Below, piece after piece: positions 1-8,845 of a stretch of 64,000 nt of DNA. Both the position numbers and the translations under genes were made by a program. How positions within the stretch are numbered: position 1 is the stretch's first letter; each line of letters starts with the position of its first letter. The stretch is taken from the IMG/VR virus record IMGVR_UViG_3300028800_000086, positions 5,873 to 69,872 of that record. The stretch is one strand, 5' to 3'. Origin of the DNA: a virus. The notes beneath the pieces were generated by a model. That model saw only the letters and a program-made list of their open reading frames with translations. It made no database searches and was not told the origin of the DNA.

Positions 1-67
1 TGATCGGCCCGGAAAGCGCCGATGCGGCGTTGTTAGCAGCGATAAACTTCATGACGTCATCCCCTTG

Positions 68-808
68 TTAGTTGATGCTGACGACGAATTCGAATTGAAA
101 AGGAACTTCCAGCACGCCGGCTTCCATAGCCGCCTTGAATATCGGAACTAGCGGACTCACAGGCATCGTGATAGTCCGCGTATCTAGCTCGTTGTAGTAG
201 AACGTGTTGTATCGGCCTGCCCCATAGATCGCGCCGCCCGTCGCGATGCGCCGGGTTGAAAGGAAGTTGATGCCGACGATATTGCCCGCGCCGAACGTCA
301 CTGAGACGGGATAGGTCTGGCCAGTTTCTCCCGCCGTTCCGTTGTCGCCCGTTAGGAAGCGCATGATGCGACGCTTCAACCAACGAATGTTGAAAATCTT
401 TCCGTCGCCTTTCCAAAGGTGCCAGGTTAGCACGCGCTTAAACACGTCGTCGTTCGTCGCGTAAACGTTAGCCGGTCCGTGCCTGTGAATGCCGTTGTAG
501 TCGTGCGTGTCGTAGTCGTACGTGTTGTATGGTCCGTGGAAATGCCCGATGCCTGACGGCAGCACCGGCCGCTCCATTCCGTACAACCCTGCCGCGATCC
601 AATCGAGAAGCGCGCCGGTAATCTGCGCGCCGGTATAGACCGGAAGGCAAATATTGACGAACCAATCGACGTACTGCTGGGTGAATTCGTTGTAGGCATC
701 GACGAACGCCGCCAGGTCGTCGTCGTCGTTGTATTGCTGATAGAGATACGCGTTGATCGTTTGCGTCAGCGTCGTCGGACCGGACGGCGGAAAGCTATTC
801 GGAATCAT
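68..808 (-). CDS. Baseplate wedge/wall protein
   Basis: Follows baseplate J-like gene; LDWIAAGLYGMERP and DDVFKRVLTW motifs typical of myovirus wedge proteins. Confidence 0.7.
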   Translation of the reverse strand: MIPNSFPPSGPTTLTQTINAYLYQQYNDDDDLAAFVDAYNEFTQQYVDWFVNICLPVYTGAQITGALLDWIAAGLYGMERPVLPSGIGHFHGPYNTYDYDTHDYNGIHRHGPANVYATNDDVFKRVLTWHLWKGDGKIFNIRWLKRRIMRFLTGDNGTAGETGQTYPVSVTFGAGNIVGINFLSTRRIATGGAIYGAGRYNTFYYNELDTRTITMPVSPLVPIFKAAMEAGVLEVPFQFEFVVSIN

Positions 809-2478
809 CCTTGCTCCACTACGATGCCTGCTTCGACCGCGAAGAAATAGCTTTCAGGGTCGCCAAATATAAGGTTGGTGTCCGCTTCCGGCGCGGTCCC
901 GATGCCGTTGATCGAGACGGAGAACGTCAGGTTGGACATAAGTTCCGCAGGCAGGATCGACGCCGTCGCGGCCTGGAACGCGTCGCCCATCGTCAGCGTA
1001 TTGATCGGCTTTCCGACGTACACGCCGTTGATATACGCCACGATCGCGGGAATTGCCGCCTGCGAGATCGCGGCGTTGGAAACGAAATTTGGCGAAGTCG
1101 TGTTCCATGTAGCGGTCAACGTTACGATTTGTTGCGGCGGGTTGACGTAGGGAATGACGTACGTGTCCGGATAGTCGTTGATCGTGACGTTGATGTTCCG
1201 GAGGTTCGGCGTTATGTATCCGCCCGAAACCCAGGGAGGAGTGCTAGTGGTATCGACGATCGCGATGCCGGCGACGAGGTTCCCGAGAACCGTGCTAACG
1301 CCCGGGTCAACGACCTGCGTCGCGATGAGCGTCGATCCCGTCGTGCCGGCGAGCGCGATATACGTTCCGTCATAACCAGACGGCGTATTATTTGCCAGGA
1401 CGAACGTCGACCCTTCCGTCACGCCGTGGCCAACGGTCGTCGTCGCGGTAATCTGGCCGCCCGCGGTCGCCGCCCAGCTAATCGCCGTAAGCGGTTGGGC
1501 GGCGAAAGCGATCCCCATGCCGATAGATTTTTCGTTAGGAACCGTCAACACAGTCCAATTATCTTCGTAATCGGGAGGATCAGTATTGTGAACGGTGAAG
1601 GCTTGGCCGACTGAAAATCCGTGATTAAGGAACGTCGATATGACGCCGGGCGAAGCGTTGGTGATACCGGCGATCGACAACGTCGAACCGACTAGCGTCG
1701 AGATATCGAACAACGCTGTCCAGATCGCGTTCGCTACCTGATACGGGTCACCACCACCCACGATTATTTCCCAGCCGCCGCCGTCCTGCTGGAGCGCGGC
1801 GATGAGACGATCTTGAACGCCGTCGACTTCGCTCAGGAACGTCCGGAGATAGCGCGACATGCCTTGGCTGGCCGCGAGATTGGCCTGAAGGACGCGCGCC
1901 CGGTATGACGTTTCGGTTTCGCCGCCCGCTCCGGGCAAGCCTGCCGCGGGATTTGTTACCGTGATCGTATTCGGCGTGGGAAGCGACGTGATGAAATTGA
2001 CGACGGTATTCGCCGGGACCGCCCAGGAACCTTGCTGAGTCGCGAGCGCGAAAAGCTGCGGCGTGTTTCCGTCGCCGCTCGCGACGCCGCCGTCCTGGAT
2101 GACGTACTGATAGGTGCCGTCCGATATCGTGAAGCCGACGCCGATGACGAAGCCCGGCGTGCATCCGCTGAAGACGACGAAGACGCTCGTGTTACTAGAT
2201 TGACCGAGATTTACGCCGAGCATCTGTCCAAGTTGATTGAGCACGAACGCGTTAGCGCCCTGCGGCGAAAGCGAGTTCAGAAGCTCGATGCGCGCCGAAT
2301 CAGTCAGCGACAACGCGTAGACGACCGTGCTGACGATATCCTCGATCAGCGAGCCGGGAAGGTTGTCTGTGAAGCCGGGATTGACCGCCTTGATTTGCGC
2401 CACGAGGATCGCGCGCAACGCAGGCGGCAGGATCGGTTGCGCGCCCGCGGCGGTAACGGTAACAGGAAAGTCAGCCAT
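805..2478 (-). CDS. Baseplate J-like wedge protein with two inserted beta-rich modules
   Basis: N-terminal PGSLIEDI, central ETETSYRARVL motif; synteny in baseplate cluster. Confidence 0.8.
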   Translation of the reverse strand: MADFPVTVTAAGAQPILPPALRAILVAQIKAVNPGFTDNLPGSLIEDIVSTVVYALSLTDSARIELLNSLSPQGANAFVLNQLGQMLGVNLGQSSNTSVFVVFSGCTPGFVIGVGFTISDGTYQYVIQDGGVASGDGNTPQLFALATQQGSWAVPANTVVNFITSLPTPNTITVTNPAAGLPGAGGETETSYRARVLQANLAASQGMSRYLRTFLSEVDGVQDRLIAALQQDGGGWEIIVGGGDPYQVANAIWTALFDISTLVGSTLSIAGITNASPGVISTFLNHGFSVGQAFTVHNTDPPDYEDNWTVLTVPNEKSIGMGIAFAAQPLTAISWAATAGGQITATTTVGHGVTEGSTFVLANNTPSGYDGTYIALAGTTGSTLIATQVVDPGVSTVLGNLVAGIAIVDTTSTPPWVSGGYITPNLRNINVTINDYPDTYVIPYVNPPQQIVTLTATWNTTSPNFVSNAAISQAAIPAIVAYINGVYVGKPINTLTMGDAFQAATASILPAELMSNLTFSVSINGIGTAPEADTNLIFGDPESYFFAVEAGIVVEQG

Positions 2479-2855
2479 TATTGCGGCACCGGGATTTGCG
2501 GGTTGAGCTTAACGCCCTGATGGGTCAGGACGTTGATGTCGTAGACCGGCGTCGGGACGTTTCCCTTGCCGGGAAAAAGAACGTCGCGCTTGGCGAGCGT
2601 GATCACCGAGAAGTACGGCGCAAAACGCTGTTGCGTAATCACCATGAAGATATCCGGCGAAACCTGCTGCATGATCGATTGGTGCGCCGGCAATCCCCAG
2701 TCGGCGAAAAACGGCGACTCATTGATGTTAAGCTTTACGACCTGGCAAAGCGTCGTAAGCATCACCATATCATTGAAGCCGTTCGCGTCGGTCGTGACTT
2801 CCGTCCAGGGTCCTAGCGAACCGTCCTGATTTATTGGCCTTCCATATGTGCGCAT
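2478..2855 (-). CDS. Baseplate gpW/gp25-like protein
   Basis: 125 aa between spike and J; LNINESPFFADWGLP motif. Confidence 0.65.
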   Translation of the reverse strand: MRTYGRPINQDGSLGPWTEVTTDANGFNDMVMLTTLCQVVKLNINESPFFADWGLPAHQSIMQQVSPDIFMVITQQRFAPYFSVITLAKRDVLFPGKGNVPTPVYDINVLTHQGVKLNPQIPVPQ

Positions 2856-2856
2856 G

Positions 2857-3528
2857 CTACGGGTCCGGAATTTGAGGAGGATGAACGGGAAGATTATTAA
2901 TCGTTACGCTCGCGCCCAAAATGTAATTGTCGACGACGTATCCGCCGCCGGTGAAACGCGTCCGCGCGCCGTAGCCTTGCACGTCCGTCGAAATCGACTT
3001 CGCGCCGTAGATTATCACGTTTCCTTTGCCGTCGACTTTTATCGTCACGCCGTTGAAGGTCTGCGACGCGCCGCCGACGACTTCGACGCTGTCCTTATTT
3101 GTTAGGATCGCTCCATCGGGACCGTATAGCACGGCGGCATCCTTATTCGGCGTCGGGAGGTTATCCTTATTGCCGACCGGCATCCAAACGCAATTCGCCA
3201 AGTTCGCCATTCGCGTCAACTGCGCCCGGCCGCCGCCTAGTCCGCTCATTCCACCCATGTAATAATTAGCGGGAACGACGTAACCTTTCATCCCCGCATA
3301 TAGCGGAAGCCTGATGAATTCGGGAAAGCCAATCGGACAGGTGACTTGCGGTATCGTGTAGACACTATCTATTTCGAATTGAATGGTTACGATGGTGTTT
3401 GATTCGTCCATCGACACCAGCGTCGCCGGCATCGCCTTGTCTAAAATCTCCGCGGCTGAACCGATCTTGCCGCGAGTAAATCGGTTTAGCGTATCGACAA
3501 GCGGAGTTTTCTGAACGTTATTTGTCAT
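2857..3528 (-). CDS. Baseplate spike (gpV/Gp138-like)
   Basis: Position after hub; N-terminal OB-like region, AVLYGPDG and beta-repeat C-terminus. Confidence 0.65.
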   Translation of the reverse strand: MTNNVQKTPLVDTLNRFTRGKIGSAAEILDKAMPATLVSMDESNTIVTIQFEIDSVYTIPQVTCPIGFPEFIRLPLYAGMKGYVVPANYYMGGMSGLGGGRAQLTRMANLANCVWMPVGNKDNLPTPNKDAAVLYGPDGAILTNKDSVEVVGGASQTFNGVTIKVDGKGNVIIYGAKSISTDVQGYGARTRFTGGGYVVDNYILGASVTINNLPVHPPQIPDP

Positions 3529-4625
3529 TAGACGCGCGCCACAGAAGGGCCGTTGACCGGAAGCGTATTTATGACCGTCGGCTCCGGAACGAAAACGGCG
3601 TTAAAGATGCTGACCCAGGCTGCGCCGTCAGCCTGCCGGAAATTTCCCATGTGATGAAGCGATACGATCTCAAACTTTCCCTTGAAGGTCGACTGGTTAC
3701 GCGCCGCCGCGCCTGGAAAGGCCGCGGGCGGAAGCGTTATGCCGAGGACGCTCAATTGACTCGGAAGTTTAACATAACTCCCCACGGCGAGATCGGAACG
3801 CATCACCGTCTTGAAGTTGATCACGTTCGGCTGCACCCAAGTCGGTTGTCCCATCAAGTCTTCAAACGCGATATCGATCGGATTGTCATAGGTCGCCAAG
3901 CCGACGTTTGCCGTTCCGTCATACACAAATATCGTCTTGCCGCGTATCGTAATCTTGACGCCGCCGTAGACGCCGCCGCCGAGCGGCTTGATGCCGAGGA
4001 ACTGTTGTTGCCGGGACAAATTAAGGATTTCCGACGCGAACGTCGCCAGCGTCGGATACGGCCCGACTTGATCCGACGCCTGTTTAAGGTCGTCACTGAT
4101 CCCGATCGTTACCGTGTATCCGTTTTGAACGAACGGCAGGAACGCGGCGAGGATCGCTTGACGCAACGGCGTGTTCGCCTTCCAGTCGAGAACCAAATTG
4201 ATCGGCGCGTCGATCCGTCCGGTGCCCGGTTGGAAAACCATCTGTAGCATCATGTTGGTGCCGACCCAATTGCCGAAGCACTGGAAGATTTGTCCCTCCA
4301 TTATCGGATCGACGCTTTGCGCCGGCTTCGCGAGCGGCAGGCCTTTCTTCATCCCCGCGAATAGTTGGACATTGCAACCGACAAGATTTTGTGATTGTTG
4401 TATCTCTTGGATGCTAACGCCATAGATCGATAGCCAGCCGCCCTGTTGCGGAACGGCGTATGTCGAAATCGGAATATCCAATTCGATGTTGAGCGCGCCG
4501 CCGAGCGTCTGGCCGTTGACGAAGCTCGTGTAGCTGGAATCAAACCCTGGGAGGTTCGCGAAATACAGCGGCTTGACCAGCTGTCCCGTCGAAGGGTTCG
4601 TTATCCTTATGTCGTAGTAACGCAT
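3528..4625 (-). CDS. Baseplate hub protein
   Basis: 365 aa, LFAGMKKGLPLA and DLMGQPTW motifs; synteny. Confidence 0.65.
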   Translation of the reverse strand: MRYYDIRITNPSTGQLVKPLYFANLPGFDSSYTSFVNGQTLGGALNIELDIPISTYAVPQQGGWLSIYGVSIQEIQQSQNLVGCNVQLFAGMKKGLPLAKPAQSVDPIMEGQIFQCFGNWVGTNMMLQMVFQPGTGRIDAPINLVLDWKANTPLRQAILAAFLPFVQNGYTVTIGISDDLKQASDQVGPYPTLATFASEILNLSRQQQFLGIKPLGGGVYGGVKITIRGKTIFVYDGTANVGLATYDNPIDIAFEDLMGQPTWVQPNVINFKTVMRSDLAVGSYVKLPSQLSVLGITLPPAAFPGAAARNQSTFKGKFEIVSLHHMGNFRQADGAAWVSIFNAVFVPEPTVINTLPVNGPSVARV

Positions 4626-4626
4626 G

Positions 4627-5118
4627 TCAAGGCGAGATGATGAATTGTTTGTTGGCGTCGCGATAGACTAGCGTCGAGGTGTTGAAGAACCCTCCCACTA
4701 GATTTAGATCATAGTCTGCGTTGCCGATTTGCGTTGCTAGGCCCGGGTTCGCCGCGAGCGGATACGTGAATTGGTCCTTCGAGACGATCAACGACCGGAA
4801 GATGCCGTTGTAAGCGATCGGAACGCAGCCGGAAACCGTTAATGCAATTGTGTCGCCTATCTTATAGCCGTGCGGCGCGGAAACCGTCGCGAGTACCCTG
4901 CCGCCCCACCAAGACAATGCATCGATGGTAAAGCCTATGGGAGAACCGACAAGGGCACGCGCGACGACAAGCGATCCGTCGAGCGCGTTCAGATTGAAGT
5001 AATACCGCGCGCCGAACAGGCTCCAGGTAATCGTCGCCGCGTAAACCTGGCCGTCCAGCGTCGGATTGAACTGAAACGGCGTTCGCGACGTGGGCGTGAA
5101 ATCGATAATCGTGCTCAT
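4627..5118 (-). CDS. Baseplate plug-like protein with inserted beta module
   Basis: PFQFNPTLDG...WSLFGARYY N-terminus; synteny between tube initiator and hub. Confidence 0.55.
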   Translation of the reverse strand: MSTIIDFTPTSRTPFQFNPTLDGQVYAATITWSLFGARYYFNLNALDGSLVVARALVGSPIGFTIDALSWWGGRVLATVSAPHGYKIGDTIALTVSGCVPIAYNGIFRSLIVSKDQFTYPLAANPGLATQIGNADYDLNLVGGFFNTSTLVYRDANKQFIISP

Positions 5119-5858
5119 GTACCGGGTCCGATAACGCCAGGCGCGATCGTTCCTATGCCGCCGATCGAGGAAGCAGGCACCACGGTATTCGGCAACGTCG
5201 CCGGCTGGCCGATAGCGGTCGTCGGCGCACCGGGGAACGTCGGCGGCCCGTTGATCTGCGTTTGGCCGTTGATCCAGCTATTAAGGCTGTTGAGCGCGCC
5301 CGCGGCTTCGGTCAGCGTAATCAGCGGCTGTTCGAAGTCGAGTTGCCAGGCGTACTGCGGTTGTCCCGTTTGGCCTGAGGAAATATCTCGGACCGTTCGA
5401 AGAATGCAATTAGTGTAGATGTGAGAAGGCGTCGCGACGATAAACGTGCCGCCTTGAAGGTTGTGGTTCTTCAGCGCGAGTTGTAGCGCCGACATAATCG
5501 CGAGCTTGGTGAAATAACCGAGTTGGTTCTTGGCCGGACAAACCATCTCCATCGAAACTTGCAACGGCTGCTGGATCGTAGCGTTTGCCGCGATCGCCTG
5601 ATTGGCGAACGGATAGTGGCCGATATCCTGGCTGATAATCGTCGCGCCCGGTAGCGCCCGGAAGTTCGCGAAGAAGCCGTCCATTTCGATATCCTCGCCT
5701 TGCGATAAGACGCCGAACGGAAAGTTGATTGCCTCCGTGATCGCGATGATCGGAAGATAGCCGCCGATGAAATCCGGAACGATACCGCCGACTAGGACGA
5801 TCGGAGATATCTGAAAGGCGAGTTTCCAGGCCGCCAGACCCGCGCTGAACCCCGCCAT
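5115..5858 (-). CDS. Tail tube initiator / baseplate protein
   Basis: Immediately after tape measure; YPFANQAIAANA motif. Confidence 0.55.
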   Translation of the reverse strand: MAGFSAGLAAWKLAFQISPIVLVGGIVPDFIGGYLPIIAITEAINFPFGVLSQGEDIEMDGFFANFRALPGATIISQDIGHYPFANQAIAANATIQQPLQVSMEMVCPAKNQLGYFTKLAIMSALQLALKNHNLQGGTFIVATPSHIYTNCILRTVRDISSGQTGQPQYAWQLDFEQPLITLTEAAGALNSLNSWINGQTQINGPPTFPGAPTTAIGQPATLPNTVVPASSIGGIGTIAPGVIGPGT

Positions 5859-7636
5859 TACTGTGCCGCTCCCATCGCGTTAATCGTCGTGTGCGTCGAG
5901 CCGCCCGTATTCTCGTTGATGTTGAGAATGACCTTAATTTGTTCCGGCGTGTAAAATTTCATTCCCTCCTGACGCGTGATCGAGGACAGGACGCGCGCCG
6001 CGTCGTCGGCGTTACGCATGCTGACGTTCTTATCGCCCAAGCCTGACCATTCCTTAACGTGGGCCTGATAGGCCGATGTGTTGTTTTCGTTCGGTGGCGC
6101 CCAACGACCGATGATGCTGTCGATCGTCTTCCGGCCTTCCTTGTCTTCGTAGTAGCGAAGATTTTCATACGCGGCCTTCAGACCGGCTTCGGGCGACGAG
6201 AATTGCAGAAAGCCTTTTCCTCCCGGACCGCGCATGCCGCCGGGATTATTAATCGGATTACTGCCGACAATGCCGCCGAGAAACGTTTGGCCTGAAGCGC
6301 CGCCGCTAATCGACCCGATGGTGTGATTGCCCAGCCCTTTCAGATATTCCATATACCCTTCTTCGCGGCGTTTTCTGTATCGAGCTTCCGCGACGGGTCC
6401 TACAGGATCGGCTCTCAAGGCCTGTTCAGTTTCCCTATCCCAATCGGCTTTTGACGTCACCTTGATCGGCGCGGCGCTTCCGCTACTGGCGGGCGACGAT
6501 ATGATGCCGAATTTTTGCGCCCAGTACTTGAAGAAATCGAAAATTGCCTGGAGATCGCTTTTGAACTGAGGACTACCGATATATTCAGACAGAGATCGAA
6601 GGCCGTCCGTCAACTTGTCGATGATCCATTTAAAGCCTTCGCCTTCTAGGACCTTCTTCACCATCGCGGAAAAGGCATCGGTCAGCTTCGACAACGGATC
6701 GGTCAGGCCGACCAGCCCTTTGATGAGGGACGATTTGATTTTCTCGCCCGCGGTATCGAGCGTGTAGAGAAATTCCTGCCACTTGTCGAGCGTTCCGCCT
6801 TGCACGTCGATCGCCGCCGAGCGTTCCGCAAATTGTCCTTTCGTCTGGGCGAACTGTTGCGGCGATAGCCGGCGAAGGCGACGAAGCGTGTCCACGTCGA
6901 CATCGATGTTACCGAGTTGCCGGCCGTTGACGATATTACCTAGCTCCAGTTCGTTCGGCGCTTCGCGGGCGAGCTTGTAGAGCGCTTCCATGGTTCGGGT
7001 CGAAACTTCGCCCGAATTACCCTCTCCGGGATTGACGCCGAGCGCCCGTAGAGTGGCATAAGCAGGCGACCCTAGATTACCCCTAGCCTGGCTGATACCG
7101 CCCAGGAAACCGCTGGCATTGACGTATTTGCCGTAAGATAGGCCGAAGGCCTGCTGCTGGCCGTAGCTGATGCCCTGCCCGGAGGAGGATCGCAGGCCGG
7201 CGCTCGCGGAAAGGGCCAGCCGGTCCAACGCGAACATGCCGCCGCCGATCCCGAATATCGAGCCGAGCACCGACGTTATCCCGGTCCAGCGGAGGAGATC
7301 GGTGCCGATGCTCTTGATGTGGGAGGCGGTCGCCTTGACGTTCTCCAAGTGACTTTTGCTATCGCGCGCGATACTCGACCAAAGGCCGGAAGTCGTCCGG
7401 ACATGCTTCGAAATTTCGTTATCGTTGACGGCGACCTTCTTGGTGTTATCGGCAATCGCCAGCAACGAAGAAGCGATGTGCATTAGAAGCACTTCTGTTT
7501 TCTTCGTTTCTGCGTTCAACCCTTTCCAAAGGTCGGGTTGCGCGACGACCGTCTTATTGAACTTGTCGAGATCGGCGGCCAGCGTTTTGAAGCGGGCGTC
7601 GTCGACATCGACCTTGAGGACGGGTCTATTTGCCAT
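5858..7636 (-). CDS. Tape measure protein with C-terminal lysozyme-like domain
   Basis: Helical Ala/Gly/Leu-rich body after tail chaperone; NNPGGMR...FSSPEAG...TIDSIIGRWAPPNENNT motif of virion-associated lysozyme-like domains. Confidence 0.8.
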   Translation of the reverse strand: MANRPVLKVDVDDARFKTLAADLDKFNKTVVAQPDLWKGLNAETKKTEVLLMHIASSLLAIADNTKKVAVNDNEISKHVRTTSGLWSSIARDSKSHLENVKATASHIKSIGTDLLRWTGITSVLGSIFGIGGGMFALDRLALSASAGLRSSSGQGISYGQQQAFGLSYGKYVNASGFLGGISQARGNLGSPAYATLRALGVNPGEGNSGEVSTRTMEALYKLAREAPNELELGNIVNGRQLGNIDVDVDTLRRLRRLSPQQFAQTKGQFAERSAAIDVQGGTLDKWQEFLYTLDTAGEKIKSSLIKGLVGLTDPLSKLTDAFSAMVKKVLEGEGFKWIIDKLTDGLRSLSEYIGSPQFKSDLQAIFDFFKYWAQKFGIISSPASSGSAAPIKVTSKADWDRETEQALRADPVGPVAEARYRKRREEGYMEYLKGLGNHTIGSISGGASGQTFLGGIVGSNPINNPGGMRGPGGKGFLQFSSPEAGLKAAYENLRYYEDKEGRKTIDSIIGRWAPPNENNTSAYQAHVKEWSGLGDKNVSMRNADDAARVLSSITRQEGMKFYTPEQIKVILNINENTGGSTHTTINAMGAAQ

Positions 7637-7923
7637 CACTCACCTTTATCCGCTCGCCGCCGATACTCTGCGGCAGTACTGAATGGCCAATTGAAGCGAT
7701 CAAAGAACGTCGAAAAGCCTTCGCCCAGCGCCCAGTCTAAACTGGCAGAGACGACGGTGTCGCAGCCTTCGCGCCAGTATTCTCGTCCAGCGTCAAGATC
7801 GGCAAGGAAGTTTGAAACTCCGTAAAGCTCGATGATACGATCTGCGCATCGTACCCCTTCAATATTTCGTACATCATTGATCGTTCGTTCGGACGGTAGA
7901 ACCAGGAGGCTAGCGTAAAAAAA
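7636..7923 (-). CDS. -1 frameshift extension of tail assembly chaperone
   Basis: -1 frame is open from T-TTT-TTT to TGA 7638-7636, which overlaps the tape measure ATG (TGATG). Confidence 0.7.
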   Translation of the reverse strand, partial: FFYASLLVLPSERTINDVRNIEGVRCADRIIELYGVSNFLADLDAGREYWREGCDTVVSASLDWALGEGFSTFFDRFNWPFSTAAEYRRRADKGE

Positions 7924-8321
7924 ACTAGCGCATTCATAACCTCCGCGTTGGCATCGTCGCCAAACAACTTTTTGTTGTATGCTTCTTCCAGCGGCAGGTT
8001 TTCCCAGCCGCGCTCGCCGGCAACTCGCACATTGGATAGACGCCTGATCTCTTGGATCAGACTTTCGGCCGCCTTGCCGAAAGTATCGCCGCGGGGACCG
8101 TCCATCTCGCCCGCGACGTCACGAAGGTTGTACATGGCGACGCGCGTCATCGCTCCCATGCCCAGATCGTCGGTCACCATCCGCACCATCGTGCGCGTTA
8201 GCAATCTGTGGTTCGCCTCATACGTCTCCCGCATGATCGGTACAGAATGAACGTATGCCATATTGCCTTCGTCGTCCTGTGGAACGGCGAGAACCAAATT
8301 CAAACGCTTGTCGATCTTCAT
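7737..8321 (-). CDS. Tail assembly chaperone (0-frame product)
   Basis: Between tube and tape measure; AAGGAAG RBS before ATG 8321; T8 run at 7917-7924. Confidence 0.75.
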   Translation of the reverse strand: MKIDKRLNLVLAVPQDDEGNMAYVHSVPIMRETYEANHRLLTRTMVRMVTDDLGMGAMTRVAMYNLRDVAGEMDGPRGDTFGKAAESLIQEIRRLSNVRVAGERGWENLPLEEAYNKKLFGDDANAEVMNALVFFTLASWFYRPNERSMMYEILKGYDAQIVSSSFTEFQTSLPILTLDENTGAKAATPSSLPV

Positions 8322-8390
8322 GACTGGCTTCCTTCTTCTTCGGGCTAATCGATCCTGCGAGGTATATACCTCGCAGGACGCCATCGCTGG

Positions 8391-8834
8391 CTAGTTGAAC
8401 AGGTTCGAGTTGATGATGTAGTAACCTCCGAACATGATCGTGAAGCCTTCTTCCGTACCGTTGAATACGAAGGCATTGACGTTCTGGATACCGCAGTTCG
8501 TGATCTGATAGGGACTGATGCCGCCCGCGACGGTATCAGGGCGGATGATCCCGCCGCCCATGTTCGAATCAGTCTCCATCCGCGTCTTGTAGAGATCGGC
8601 CAGCTGCTGCGTCCGCAGAAGATGCGCGGTCATCGTCATCTTCTGGTAGACTTCTTGCGACTGGACCGCGCCGGTCATCGTCGGCAACCAGTTAGTCGCC
8701 GGTCCTTCCGGCGACATACTGATGCCGTTTCGTCCGAGATACGGCGCGGTAATGTTGAACGCAGGTAACGCATCCCAGGTCAACGCAGCCTTAACCCGGT
8801 TAAGAACGCCCTGCGGGACTAGAGGATTGCCCAT
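8391..8834 (-). CDS. Tail tube protein
   Basis: 147 aa directly downstream of sheath. Confidence 0.75.
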   Translation of the reverse strand: MGNPLVPQGVLNRVKAALTWDALPAFNITAPYLGRNGISMSPEGPATNWLPTMTGAVQSQEVYQKMTMTAHLLRTQQLADLYKTRMETDSNMGGGIIRPDTVAGGISPYQITNCGIQNVNAFVFNGTEEGFTIMFGGYYIINSNLFN

Positions 8835-8845
8835 TGTGCGGCTCC

